Positions 14,301 through 27,034 are shown, numbered from the stretch's first letter. The stretch: 64,000 nt of DNA from Azolla caroliniana (GCA_043228905.1 JBHGNT010000006.1:7812001-7876000); one strand, 5' to 3'. Numbers and translations are program-made. Notes: generated by a model not told the origin, from the letters alone.

Positions 14301-14894
14301 ATTCTTCATTTTACCTTCCAACTACTTAGCAGCCATGAAAATCCTAGTGTAACAATTGACGAATGATATATCTCACGATCAAATAGGAAAAAGATTGAAA
14401 TTTCTCTATGATGAGCTTGAAATTAATGTCTTTTCTTTTTTCTTTTCTTTCTTTATAATTATTGTCCTCAATGAAAAAACTCGACAACTAGCGTTACAAA
14501 CGATTTCGATTTTTCATTTAACCATGAATTTGAAGTTGGGATTAAGAGTAAAGCATGCTTGCTTTCTCCTCACGGTAACTGTGCTTTTCTCAGGATTGAT
14601 ATAAACTAGGGGGATTTGATTCCCTTTATTTCTTTCGCTGCCCTTCTCTTTCTCTTTCTCTTTCTCTCTCTGTTTTTCATTCTTTGTGAATGGCCTGACT
14701 CTGACAGTTACTCTGACACGTTCTGTGGGCAATAGGATTAACACAAAAACATGTAATCTTTCATCAGAGAGGAAAACAGGGATAAAAGGAAAACCACACA
14801 CAGAGAGAAACAAATGCATACCATTATCTGCTCTGTCTTTGCGCCGATCGCCCATCTCTGTTATTTTCCTTCGTTTTTCCTTTGCCTCGATCAT
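8391..14894 (-). CDS. Kinesin, N-terminal ARK-type motor with short tail (about 529 aa, 16 exons)
   Basis: Exons 14822-14894, 14563-14722, 13737-13839, 13537-13651, 12802-12905, 12634-12720, 12466-12546, 11857-11993, 11718-11779, 11572-11631, 11403-11495, 10039-10127, 9831-9941, 9439-9569, 9130-9205, 8391-8498 join in frame. Motifs: [29 protein letters not shown] (P-loop), NAHSSRSH (switch I), LVDLAGSER (switch II), [20 protein letters not shown]. Tail exons are less certain. Confidence 0.92.
10156..10585. repeat. Diverged two-copy duplication in kinesin intron 11
   Basis: tatcatgga..aaattg.tcatacaaatga..tatgtgcatgcacac.acatgcatttta..atact.aaatccag appears twice. Confidence 0.75.
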
Positions 14895-15009
14895 CAAACG
14901 TCCATCGCCCTCCCTCCTTCCTCAACTTCTTCTTCGAAGAACGACATACATTCATTCTTCTCACGTCAATTCTTCTTCTTTTGTTGTTGGATCATACAAT
15001 TGTTTCTCC

Positions 15010-15204
15010 GCTCAAGCCGGAACCGAGCCGTTAAGCTGTTTTTTAAATGGTTTGGTAGCTAGGCTTGGTTCAAGCTTGAGCGTCCTTAACCGGTCTCTTA
15101 GTTCAGTTCCTTTCGGCTTGACCCATGCCAAACCGGTTTAGGCTTAATTGATTTGACCCAAACTGGTTTAGGATCGGTTCGGTTCGGTTCTGTTCACGTT
15201 CCTA
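15010..15204. mobile_element. Partial, degenerate hAT-type MITE end immediately upstream of the kinesin gene
   Basis: Same aagcc/gagccg/aaaccggtttaggc/ggttc subterminal motifs as 23324-24015, ending in ...ccta. No second TIR or TSD found. Confidence 0.55.
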
Positions 15205-15779
15205 AACTCCATGTACTCGAAACCCAACCATTGCCATTTCCTACCATTTAGTATAGACCGTCCCTCCTATTTCTGGACACGGTATCCATCCTCATTGAGA
15301 TCATGGTCATGGAAAGGATTGTTAATAAGTCCCTCACATTAACTTCCTATCATCATATGGGAAGAACGTAAAAATATCTAAAAGACACTTAAAAGCAATT
15401 TTTTGTATTTTGGTTGGATGCAAAATATGGAAAAATTTGTTTGGAATATGGAACTAAAGACACTTGCTTCATAATGCATCAATAGATTCCTACGTGAAGG
15501 AGGCCTTTTTGCAACACCAATGTATCATGACATGGGGGAAATGTGGAAGATCACACTTCACACATTATATACTACATATGTGCTTCTAAATTTGGCAAAA
15601 CCATATGGTTCGCAAATTTGGGAAACCACATACATGAATGCACCTTAGAGCCCATCCCAATGTCTATTGTCCAAGCCATTGCTTTCGTATGACTTGGTTC
15701 ACACTCACTTCAATGTGAGATGGGATATTGATTAGAGGTGATGAGACTAGTCAATCATGCACGTTTTTCCCTAAACAAG

Positions 15780-17770
15780 CACTTTGATACAATGTTCTAT
15801 GTTTGATCACACTCGAGTATGCTTCGCACACATCTTAAACCAAACCCAATCCTTGCACAAATTTCTCTCTCATACACAATGTTCACTCTCCATTGCAACA
15901 TTCATTAGAAAAGTTTTGAATATTGAGAATCGCTACATACTTTCATATGTATTATGTGAAAATATTATACTTTGGTCTAGTATGTCATATTTGACCTCTA
16001 AAGAAAATATTAAAATCTTTCTCGCTCTCTAAACCACATAAATAAAGTAATTGTTTGTAAAAAACACTAATACAATATTGTTGCCCTACTGCATAGGGAG
16101 AGAGACACACCTTACTTCCATAAAAAAAACTTGAATACCCACATGATGAAATAATCCCAACATACTCTAGCATGGATAATTGCCACATAGGTATGTCTTT
16201 CAACTTTCGAATGCATACATTTACTCCATGTGTGCCATCAAACATAAAAGTGTTGTGCATATTATATCCAATTATGTTGTTGGCCCAATACCTTAAATTT
16301 CGGAACATGATTTCCATTGCATCCTTTAGTGCATTTTGTACATATTGGTTTAATATCTATCTAGGTATTAGATAACACAAAGACAAAACTTGCCATATTT
16401 CCAATAAATATTTCCAAATTTCACTCACTAGATCAATGCCATCTTCCCATAGTCTCTAGTTATTTCTTATTGCTACACATCCTTGTTGGTAATGTTCTCA
16501 AATCTTAAAATTGGTGGTGATATAGTGGGATTAATCCTTTCATTTTGAGGACAACGAGTGATGGAAGCTTTTGTGGATAATTCCTTCATGTTTTTATATG
16601 CCTCAAGAAAGTGTTGACACGAGTATGCAAGTTTTAGATTAGTTTGTAAATGGGTACCATTTGATCGCTTGTATTGAGACCAATTTACAATGTTTGGTAT
16701 GATATGGATCAGTGATTGATACAGCTACAAATTCTCGACATTTAGGGTATTCATTAGGAGTTTATGTTGCAAATTATCAATTATTTGTGTAGATTTCCGG
16801 AACTTGAAGAACAAGTTTATGCATTGGAAGTCTCATCATGAACATTTTTTGTGCGACCCAAAATGGTGAAATGTTTCTATATTAGCATTCCATCCTTCCC
16901 CTAATAAGGTGCTACAAGAGATTTTTTAACCTCTTCGGTTTATGTTGTGGCAAAAGGAGAATATGGGAATTGCATGGATTTCATTTGGATCATGGGACCA
17001 CTCCCAAGCTACCAAGTGGCTCAAAATGCATTGAATGACTCATGGTTGTGAGAAATATGTTGATAAGAGTAACCATGGATATATCATATACAACATTTTA
17101 TTGAGAAAGAAGGATTGCTTCATGGGAAAACTAAGATTGAGGCAATTGGTAATTGGTCAATAGGCACATTTCTCTTAAAGTTTGACACTTTGTATATGCT
17201 GATTTGTAAGATCTTGGAGAGAAGTTGCCTTATTTTGAATGGGTAGCATCAGTAATCGAGACCATGTAATTCATTACATAAGAGATTACTTGTTTCTTTT
17301 TATTTGTCATATTGGTAAGGAAAGGAAACTTTGAGATCTCAATTCAATTATTTATATGTATTAGAGGTTGTTGAAGTGTGTAATGTAATTAATACATACC
17401 CTAAAGGTCATTCAAGTTTGTGATGCTAGAACATGGCTATGTATTCCACCAAATTATTATTTTATAGCATTATTGCAAGGATGGGTATTTAATGACAAAT
17501 TCTCAATCTTGGGTGGACTGGTGGTTGAACTGAGGTACAAGATTATCGATGGGTACGTATTTAGATAATCAAGGAGTGATGCAAAGTGCTGAAAAATATT
17601 GCAATGTAATTAGCATTCTCAATTGGAATTTTGATCTAAGATGTTAGCTTGGAGAGTGAATTGGGGTCAAGTTCAGCCAAGAAGAGGAAAGGATTGTTAT
17701 TAGGCACATGTTTCTTTTGTATAGTTCAATTGGAAGACTATACATCGATTCATTCATGCTCTTTCTTTCA
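15780..17770. mobile_element. Heavily decayed L1-type LINE remnants
   Basis: Plus-strand traces AFVDN (F/YADD-like, about 16567), RHLGYSLG (about 16736) and a zf-RVT-like region (about 17640-17760). A minus-strand ORF at 15985-16317 weakly resembles an L1 C-terminus. Confidence 0.4.
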
Positions 17771-18302
17771 TACAATTCTTAATGACCCAAAATGTTAAAA
17801 ATAGAAATGATGCTAAAGAGCTCCCAAACAAAGCGAAATAACATTGGTCATTGTGATTGTCTTCATAGTATCAAACTATCAATCATTCAGGAGAGTGAGA
17901 GATGTTTGTTCTCATTTGATTGTAAGAAGGATGATAATGAAGCAAAAAGCTGAAGAAAAACAAAAGAATGTGACCTCATCTGGTTGGAAAGAGAGCAAAT
18001 TTGTCCATTCCTTTGCTGAACTGCCTTAATATCCTAATGCTTCAATGAATATATTAATTGGAGAATGGAATTTATGATACATATTACCACATATGCTGAT
18101 AAGCTGGATATAATATAGATACGCCAAAAGATCAGCCATTCAGATGTCTCCACTATCTCATTGCTTTGAAGCTGTCTGAAGAAAAAGTATATTAATGGAT
18201 GACCTGATATCACACCACACCTTTCATGCATTGTTATTCAGAGAGAGATCTCACATTTACTGGGAGGTCTTGCCTGTAAATATGATTGTCCCTTTTTTTA
18301 TG

Positions 18303-21300
18303 TTACATTTCACGCTCTTTCTCATAGTTTTCCATTACAACCGGAAGCCCTTGCATATCAGTAGCATTCCGTAAAGGCTTTCTCTGCCCATTGCTCAGTT
18401 GTGATACTTCTTGGGTTTTAATAGAGTCTTTTATTCTCGCGTTCCCATTGGAAACACTAGGCCATGACACCTGATGAGAAGATGCAACATTGACTGGATT
18501 ATGCATTCTTCCTTGCCGCGAACGCCGGACAACTTGTTGTACATGCCTTTCGTGTTGTCCAAGTATCTCATCATGATTTGCTGAAGGGTGGAGCAATGGT
18601 CCAGAGAAATATGTCCGGTCAGCTTCACTCGTATTGAATTCCTACATATGAACCAGGTCTATTGAGTCAAAATCACTTCTTTCACCACATCTAGCAAAAC
18701 AAGATTCAGGACTTTTAATTGCTTCCTTTCACATAATTGATAAGTCCACATAGCTCAGATCCACAAATTCATAAATTAAGCATGCTAAGTTAGATTGACA
18801 GTATAAACATTTACTCTTTGGTTACATCATCAAGCACAGTACATAAGATTCATAATCTTAGCTCTTTCTTTTGTCACATCAATTGCAGTTAAAATTCTAA
18901 AAACATTTAATCACTTTCTTCTGTCAAATGAGCAAGAACACTCGTAAATGTTGTCCATATTATTACCATGTTCAGTCCAAGACATTGTGCTGGGCCATGA
19001 ATTTGGGAACCTTCTAAACCGTTACATATTGAACCTGATTCTTCATTCCTGACAGTAACAGAATCTTGCCTTTGTTCTGCACTCTCATTATCCTTTATGA
19101 GAACACTGGATAATCCTTCACTCCGAGAACCATTATAAACTGATTGAGACCTCAGTGATAGAGATGTTGCTCTAGGAGGATTTTTAGAATCCTCTTTCTG
19201 CTTTCTCACATAAATTGCATTAACCTTTGCTGGAGGCCTATTTCCATCAGCATTGGGTGGATCGATAGGGAATCCAACTGCTTCTTCTTGTCGAGGGTTG
19301 AATTTTTCAGATTGACTTTTAACTGAGGTATGTGAGGTCAAGCGACGTTTCTGCAAGTGAATGTCTGCCAACTCAGTCTTCTACTTAGCTATAAATACAT
19401 TTATTTTTCATTTTACTAGCTATATAGCTAATACCCAGATTATTAGCTATATGTAGCATAGAATTTTAAGACACGCTAAATTCACCTGAATAGATGTTGC
19501 TAGCTCTGCATTCGCATCTGGAGCAGGAACTGCTTTACTTGTATGCTTTGCAGCATCAACACCATGTGTCCTGCCTCCAGCAGCTCTTTGTCTAGACATA
19601 GTTCAACATGTAATGTGCATGAGATTAAAGTTTACATCCATGAGGATTAATAAGGATTTGTCGTAACATCTCATAAAAAGGTAACATCTACAAGCATTTG
19701 GAGTAACATCTCATAGAAAGCTTTAAATTTACACAGACTTGGAGTAACATCTGACAAAAACTTGTGTCAACAAGGATTTCGAGTGGCACCTCATAAAAAG
19801 CTTACATCTACAAGCATTTGGAGTAACATCTCACAGAAAGCTTTAAATTTACACGGACTTGGAGTAACATCTGACAAAAACTTGTGTCAACAAGGATTTC
19901 GAGTGGCACCTCATAAAAAGCTTACATCTACAAGCATTTGGAGTAACATCTCACAGAAAGCTTTAAATTTACACGGACTTGGAGTAACATCTGACAAAAA
20001 CTTGTGTCTACAAGGATTTCGAGTAGCACCTCATAAAAAGCTTACATCTACAATTATTTGGAGATGTATGTCATATAGTACGTTGCAGCTACAAGAATTT
20101 AGAGTGCACCTCATGAAGATCTTACATCTACAAGTATATGGTATAACATCTTATAAAATGGTTACAACATCAAATATTGTAAAAAAAATATCATAAAAAG
20201 CTTTACATCTATAAGGATCTGGAGTAACATCTCATTCATAGCATACATTTGTGAAAAAGTAAAAGCTTACCTTCGAGCTTCTTCGTCTCGTAATTTTGCA
20301 TCTAACTCTTTGCTCGGTGGGTATTTAGGAAGAATTGAAGGATCACAAGCAAGTGGTTTTGTAGTGAAATACTGTGATAACAGCAACTCATTGTCAGCAA
20401 GAGAAAATTTTCCTTTTGAAACCTTCCAAAATCAAAAGTAGATCTTACTTCACTATCCAGTGCCGTTGATGCCGTACTCCTATCTGTTGGCTCTATGGCA
20501 AGCAAAGTTTCTAGCAATGCCAAAGATGATGGAGGAAAATCTTTAAAGGTTTCAGCAAGACACCTCTTGTATGGCTGTTTTGGCTTAAAAATAGTGGCAT
20601 GTGGAAGCTTTGATTTCCTCCAGTATTCTTCCGATGGAGAACCACATAATTTAAATATCTTATGCAATTGCTCAACCTACAATCATTATTTCAGATGAGT
20701 CCCATCCTTGGTAATGAGAGATGAACTGCACTTAAAGTGCATATTGAAACATTGCGGACTTTTTTTAACAAACTACCATAGTACCAGCTCATACCCCCAG
20801 TAATAGTGTAATTCATCATAGCTAGTGCATGAATAATCTGAATTAGTGGAAGTGATTGATTGCTTTGATTAACTAAGGGTTACGTAAGGACCTGATCACA
20901 TTCATTATAGGCTAATTTAGTTTATTAGAGGTGACTAGTTATCATGTTTATCTTTATTAATGCTGTTAATTGTGGACCTTCATGAAATAAGCATAATCAA
21001 TTAATATTGCTAGCCTTGTTAGCATTTAATTTGATATAAAAAACTATAGGATTATTGTGGTAATTTGATCAAATTAGGGGTATTCTGGTGTTCTTCCCAA
21101 CAAACAAACTCTGAAATATCCATGAGTTTTTCGCTATTTCCCAAAATGCCCTTTGGTCAACACCCCAAGGGAATGAATTGACCGTATAATTTCTCAAATT
21201 TACATATAATTGACAATTTTGTAATCAACTGACCACATAATTGCTCGAGAGGAGGGTTAACCAAAGTATTTGGGGAAATAATGAAAACTTAAGGCATTTG

Positions 21301-23564
21301 GAAAAACAAAGAAAATTTCAGGTGTCCTGAATTTCCCCAAAAACAAAACAAGAAAAAAGCACACTAACTTCCGTTCTCCCTGGCATAATAGGCTTTCCTG
21401 CTAGGAGTTCTGCAAGGATACACCCTGTGCTCCAAAGATCTACACCAATTCCATATTCTGTTGCTCCCAAAAGCAATTCAGGAGGGCGATACCATAAGGT
21501 AACAACACGGCTAGTTAAAGGCTGATTTTGATCAGGATGAAAGAAAGTAGCAAGCCCAAAATCAGCAATCTTTAAAACTCCTGAATTATCAAGAAGAAGA
21601 TTGGATCCCTTTATGTCTCGATGAAGAACACCACGACTATGACAGTGATCCAATCCCCGAAGCAACTGTTGTAAGTAGCATTTCACCTGTCCAAGAACCC
21701 AATCAAGATGCAATACATCATGTTAATAAAGAGAACCACATTGTCTAGAAAAAGAGAGGGAAAACTCTGACCAAGTTTCCATTATTTGCCAAAATGCTTG
21801 AGCATGGGCTATTTCCCCAAATTCCCTTGGTCAATAAAACTACCTAGATAGCACATATAATTCATGAAAAAGCGGATAAATTGACCATATAATTGCTCAA
21901 AACATTTACTTGAGAAGGATTGATCAAGCACATTTGGGGAAGTAATGAAATCCCAGGAGCATTTAGGAAAATAAAGAAAAACTTAGTGACATCTCCTTAA
22001 AGAGAAATACTTGATTTGTTTAACTATTTAATCCTGACCTGTGGTTCAGTAAATGTTTTTCCGAGAGAGGCTGAAAGCCCAGCTAAATCATGTTCCATGT
22101 ACTCGAAAACAAGGTAAAGGCTACAAGACATCCTTGATGTGACTAAACCTTCCAGTTTTATCACATTTGGATGGTCAAGGCGTCGCAGAACTTGAATTTC
22201 CCTAGCCATGAACCGAACGCTCTCTGGTTCCAGATTGTCAAACCTCACTTTTTTCAGTGCAACAATTTTCCCCGTCTCCAAATCACGTGCTTTGTACACA
22301 TTGCTATAAGTTCCCTGTCCAATCTGCAAATATAATATACATATAATAAAAGTTTAGTAATAACTAGAGTCTTTTCCCACACCCAAAAGATGTGATGATA
22401 TCTCTGGAAGATGGACTCTAGGTTCTGCAAACCGGTTGGTTTGAAATGAAAAGTGAAAAACATTTGCAGTGAAATTTGCATCTAAAAGACATCGTGAGGA
22501 TTAGATTCTCTTGATAGTTTTTTATAGCTTTGAGACAATACTAACACTTATTGTCTTCCATATGTGCTTTGTCACAGCTCCATTATAACCTCATTTCTCC
22601 ATACAAGGCTAGCATCACAATTAAAGATATTGATCATAGTTGGACAATGCTTAGTCATAAGCGTTTTGCTAATTATTTTCCCCCATTGGTTTTCACTTGG
22701 GGCATGGTGGTTTGGACATCACTTGTCCGTGACACGTTCCATTATGACACCGAATCTATGGACCATGGGTTTTCCACTAAATATGGAAGTGTTCATACAT
22801 TACCACTGCTGTCATTACAGTTTTCAGGAGTACAGAAGGAAGTCCAGCCAGTATGGGAGATACTAAGAAGTACCATTGTATATCACATCTGGAAGACTCG
22901 ATGCACTCTCGTTTTCCATCAACTTAAAACACCACCAGCTGAAGTGGTTTCAAATATTTGGTTAGACATAGTTCATACTTTGAAGGGTCAATGGGATGGT
23001 ATAGTTGGAGATTCTGAGGCTAAAATTGCTCAACGGCATGAGTTTCTTATTATCTGGACAGCTACTCCATTCATGACATTCAATTATGGCACTCCTTATT
23101 GGCATTTTCAGCCTCCAAAATGGTTGCTTCCCCCGCTGATCACATAGAGGTTTAAAATCTTGTAAAACGTTTTATACTAATGACAGGATATCTTTTTAAA
23201 ATAAAAAATAAAAAAATGCTTAGTCATAAGCGCGTGATTTCAATCACAGGACCAATATGCACAAAAGAAGCCTAAACATCCTGACTGTTCAATTGTCCAA
23301 CTCAAGGGCACCTATGATGTGAGTAGGGATCGGCAACGGTTCGGTTTAGGCTAAGCCAAACCGGCTAAGCCTAAATCGTTTACAGGATCTCCAACCTGAG
23401 CCGAGCCGGTTCACAAACCAGTTTACGCTAAACCGGTTTAGAAACCTCCCTCTGTCTCTCTCTCTCCCTACCTCCCTCTCTCAGATGATCCACTATATAC
23501 TATATAGTATATAGTATACATTGTACAAGCTCTCCCTCCCACTCTCTCACGTCTGTGGTCTCGA

Positions 23565-23599
<35 letters not shown>

Positions 23600-23755
23600 C
23601 CCTCTATGTAGTTCCTCTCTCTCTCTCTCTCTCCCCTCTGTGTAGTCTCTCTCTCTCTCTCCTTATATGTTGTCTCCCTCACTCTCTCTCTCTCCTTGTC
23701 TGTGTAGTTCTCCCTCACTCACACTCTCTCTCTCCCATCGTCTGTTTAGTTTCCC

Positions 23756-23801
<46 letters not shown>

Positions 23802-24222
23802 TTTGTCTGTTGTCTCTCTCCCCCTCTCTCTAAAGTTTATAAACGGCTTAAACGGTTTAGCTGGCTTGAGCCGGTTTGGCGAGGCTCAAGCCAAGCCGAG
23901 CCGAGCTCAAACCATTAAGGCAAGTTCAAGCCTAAACCGAGCCGAGCCACTAAGCCGTTTTCAAGCCGGCTAACCCAAACGGTTTAGGCTTGAGCCGAGC
24001 CGTTGCCGATCCCTAGATGTGAGTACATTTGATAATTCTGTCGTTAAATCTCAATATTCACTCCTACAACAAAAATACTCAAACTCTGTCAAGGTCTTTA
24101 TTTCTGAGTAGCTCAAATACTGATAGATAAGTTATCATTAGAATTTAGCATCATATGAAGTGTAGATCTGATCAAATCGTTTCGACTTGAAAGGAACATG
24201 AAGAAGTACACATAAGCCCAAT

Positions 24223-24272
<50 letters not shown>

Positions 24273-25229
24273 TCCATACATATTCTCTTACATGGGCCAA
24301 ATTTGGACTTAGAAAACTTTAATATATCTTTCTTTCTTTCCCTATCTATCTATGTCTTTCTCTCTCTCTCTCTCATCTACGAAGTTCAAAGACGGTAATT
24401 AAATCTATCTATCTCCCTTAGCTGCCGCAATGCCTCTATTCATATGCTTGAGGGATATTGGAGCTACTCATTTTAGTTCTGGGATGAGAACATTTTCCAG
24501 ATAAAATTCTTGTTCAGATTAATAGGGTTATTTTCCTGAACTCTTAAAAAACCTGAATATATATTTCTTTCATTCTAAGTTCAATGTCTCTCTATGTTCT
24601 TATGATAACATGATATTTTCCTGTTTTCAAACAAGCTTCAGTGTTCTTAAACTCGAATGGAAAGCACAAGATTAAGCCATATCTACCCATCATTTGTATA
24701 TAGAATACAAAGAATCATCTTAATAATAACAAGTGCACACAAAAAATGGAAAGCTTAGTAAGAACATGACCATGAATGAAAAAACAAGCAAAATCTTGAT
24801 TTAACATTTACAAAGAATTACCTTATCAAGCTTCTCAAACGAATCCGCTCGTCTTGGGATCCACCCATCTATAGCTTCTTTAGCTACATTTGAGAGCCAA
24901 GCAGGCCAACCAGCAGCTATTTGTTCACCTTCTACGTGCTTAGGTAGATTCCTTGGCCTAGGATTAATATCCATTGTCAGTTTACTTTGTTTTTCTTTCC
25001 TTTCATCATTGTGTGTAGCAATCGTCATTGTTGCAATCCCATTGGCCTTTATCTCTTTCTCTTTCTCCTTCTCCTTCTCTTTTACATTGATGCCATTAGT
25101 TATTCTTCCTTCATCATCATATCTAGTTGAACCAGACAAACTCCTCTTTGACCCTTGAAGCCTTTCTTTGTTGAAGTTGAAATCCCCCTGTAAATCTGTG
25201 TTGGCATTTCTTGAACATACACAGCCCAT
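18303..25229 (-). CDS. CDKC-like (CKL / At1g54610-type) cyclin-dependent Ser/Thr protein kinase, about 722 aa, 8 exons
   Basis: Exons 24822-25229, 22039-22323, 21369-21686, 20449-20676, 20271-20371, 19486-19591, 18967-19350, 18303-18641, all GT-AG and in frame. MGCVCS acylation-type N-terminus, AAGWPAWL, IGQGTYSNVYKA, SVRFMARE, HRDIKGSN, DFG, LTSRVVTLWYRPPELLLG, LPKYPPSKE, FSGPLL..HERHVQQVVRR. Confidence 0.96.
19645..20235. repeat. Intronic minisatellite: 40-bp monomers arranged as a 120-bp higher-order repeat
   Basis: Three near-identical 120-bp units span 19681-20040, each made of three related 40-mers, with degenerate monomers on both flanks. Confidence 0.93.
21110..21322. mobile_element. 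Fold-back MITE-like element, kinase intron 3
   Basis: Self-complementary arms gagtttttcgctatttcccaaaatgccctttggtcaac / gttaaccaaagtatttggggaaataatgaaaactt. Related copies at 21774, 52868 and 54278. Confidence 0.6.
21774..21984. mobile_element. Fold-back MITE-like element, kinase intron 2 (same family)
   Basis: aagtttccattatttgccaaaatgc ... gcatttaggaaaataaagaaaactt, with shared core tgaccatataattgctc. Confidence 0.6.
22664..23214 (+). mobile_element. 5'-truncated L1 LINE inserted antisense in kinase intron 1
   Basis: Perfect 18-bp TSD aatgcttagtcataagcg (22646-22663 and 23215-23232), A-rich tail, and an open frame with the L1 ORF2 C-terminal motif VWEILRSTIVYHIWKTRCTLVF. Confidence 0.9.
23324..24015. 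mobile_element. Non-autonomous hAT transposon (MITE) with internal (CT)n tract
   Basis: TIRs tagggatcggcaacgg / ccgttgccgatcccta, 8-bp TSD gatgtgag (23316-23323 and 24016-24023), many aaaccgg/gagcc subterminal motifs. Confidence 0.93.
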
Positions 25230-25369
25230 CACTCCAAGCCACAAAATGAAGCTGCCTCTTAAATTTGCCAGTTGTTTCTGCCCAAATTAGCTCAAAAAGA
25301 ACTTATGAAGTCTTTTCTGGTCCAATTTAGAACAGAAAAAACCCTACACTAGTTCAGAAAAAACCTCTG

Positions 25370-25980
25370 AGTTTGTCTGTTCTCAAAACTTAGGGAAATC
25401 ACTAGGACTATCATCATTTCTGCTCTCAAGGCTCGGAAAAGCACCTCAAATTGGCAGGTTTTTTGCTTTAAAAGCTCAGAAACCTTAAATTCCTGCTTTT
25501 CAGCTCTGAATGCTCAAACAACAACCTGGATTATCAGCTTTTCTGATCCAAAAACTCAGAAAACACTACAATAGTGGTCTGAAAGCTTACAGAAAACCCT
25601 GAATATGACACCATTCTGCTTGAATTTCTGAAGCCCAGAACAAGCTTCGATTCACAGCTTTTCTGCTCTGAAAACTCAGAAAGAAAAACTTACATCGGCA
25701 GGTTTACTGCTCCGAAATCTCAGAAAACCTCAAATTTAGCAGACTTAAATTAGTTCGGAAACAAACCTAAATTGCCAGCCTCTCTGCTTTGAAACTTCAG
25801 AAAACCCTCTTAATTAGCAGCCTTCCTGCTCTGAAACTTCAGAAAACCTCTAATCCAGTAGCCTTCCTGCCCTAGACTCGCAACCTTTTTGCTTTGCACC
25901 TCAAAACAGACCTCTCATGAAAAATCACTAGGTTGGCATGTTCAATTCTCTGAACCTCAGAATGACGTGATATTAGCAGC
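25370..25980. repeat. Degenerate tandem array of about 41 bp upstream of the kinase ATG
   Basis: Consensus cagc.tt.ctgctctgaaa.(c/t)tcagaaaacc, with units starting at about 25455, 25535, 25655, 25699, 25740, 25776, 25818 and 25859. Confidence 0.7.
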
Positions 25981-27034
25981 TGTTTCATTGTAAAATCTCA
26001 ACAAAAACCCCTAAATAAGAATCCGCTCTGTGGCCAAAGCACATATAACCTGAATTCAGTAGAGGAGAAATCTTTGCATCGAACTGGGTTGAATCAAATC
26101 CTTTCCTTCCTTATTCTCTTCATGTAATCTTTTTCTCGTCTTTTGGCTCCATAATTCTCACAGATATCTTAAAAAACGGAGCTAAGATGAAGCTTTCTCA
26201 GCAGATCACAGCATTCTCTGTGCTTGATAATAAAATTCTTTACTTTAAATGAGGCGGAAGAAATTTCTCTGCAATCTATAATAGAGAGAGAGAGAGAGAG
26301 AGAGAGATTCTTTCAAATTAATCGTCAAAAAAGAGAGGATACACAGGTTATGGAGAAAAACCGAAACAAACAAATGAAGATAATATAGGGAAAACTAAAG
26401 AGAGTGATGGGTCTTAAAACAGAGAAATATCATAGCATTCTCTATATATAACTATGAATTCTTAACCTTAAATGCTATAAAAGAAGCTTCTCTGATATAA
26501 ACATGCACACAATGTGGAACGAATCTTTCAAAAAGATGGTAAAGAAAAACAGAAAATGCAGAAGCAAGTACTAAACTATGGCCAAAAACAGAAATGAATA
26601 AACAACAGGAAAACCTGAGAGAGCGACAGAGCTCTCAAACCTGAAGAACCCTTTGTAAATCACAGCATTCTCTATATATAATGATTCTACCACCGAAAAA
26701 AAAAACACTTTAAAACAGGTAAAAGAAGCATATTGCTATATATGTACACAATGCAGAATGCACAAACAATGGAGAAACGCAGAAAAACGAAAACAGAAGA
26801 AGAAACCTGAGACAGCGAGAAGCTTTGATTCATTCTTTCAGCTTAGCTTTATTTCTTTAGCGTGTGAGCTTTGTGGGAGGTTGTGCATTAGAAGTAATGA
26901 AGAAGAAGACCTGAGAGATCGACGGAACTATATTTATCGTTGTGTAAATTAAATTAGAACTGAACAAGGTCGCCAAGGCTGTAAGTTCTTCAGCACCTCT
27001 CACAGTTGAAGAAGAAGAAGAAGACGAAGAAGAA

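Noticed and set aside
19645-20235. CRISPR-like regular repeat
   Set aside because: The intervening sequences are themselves repeated rather than unique spacers, there are no cas genes, and it lies in a eukaryotic intron.
23500-23973. ORFs rich in LS or ER
   Set aside because: They are translations of the (CT)n tract within a MITE.
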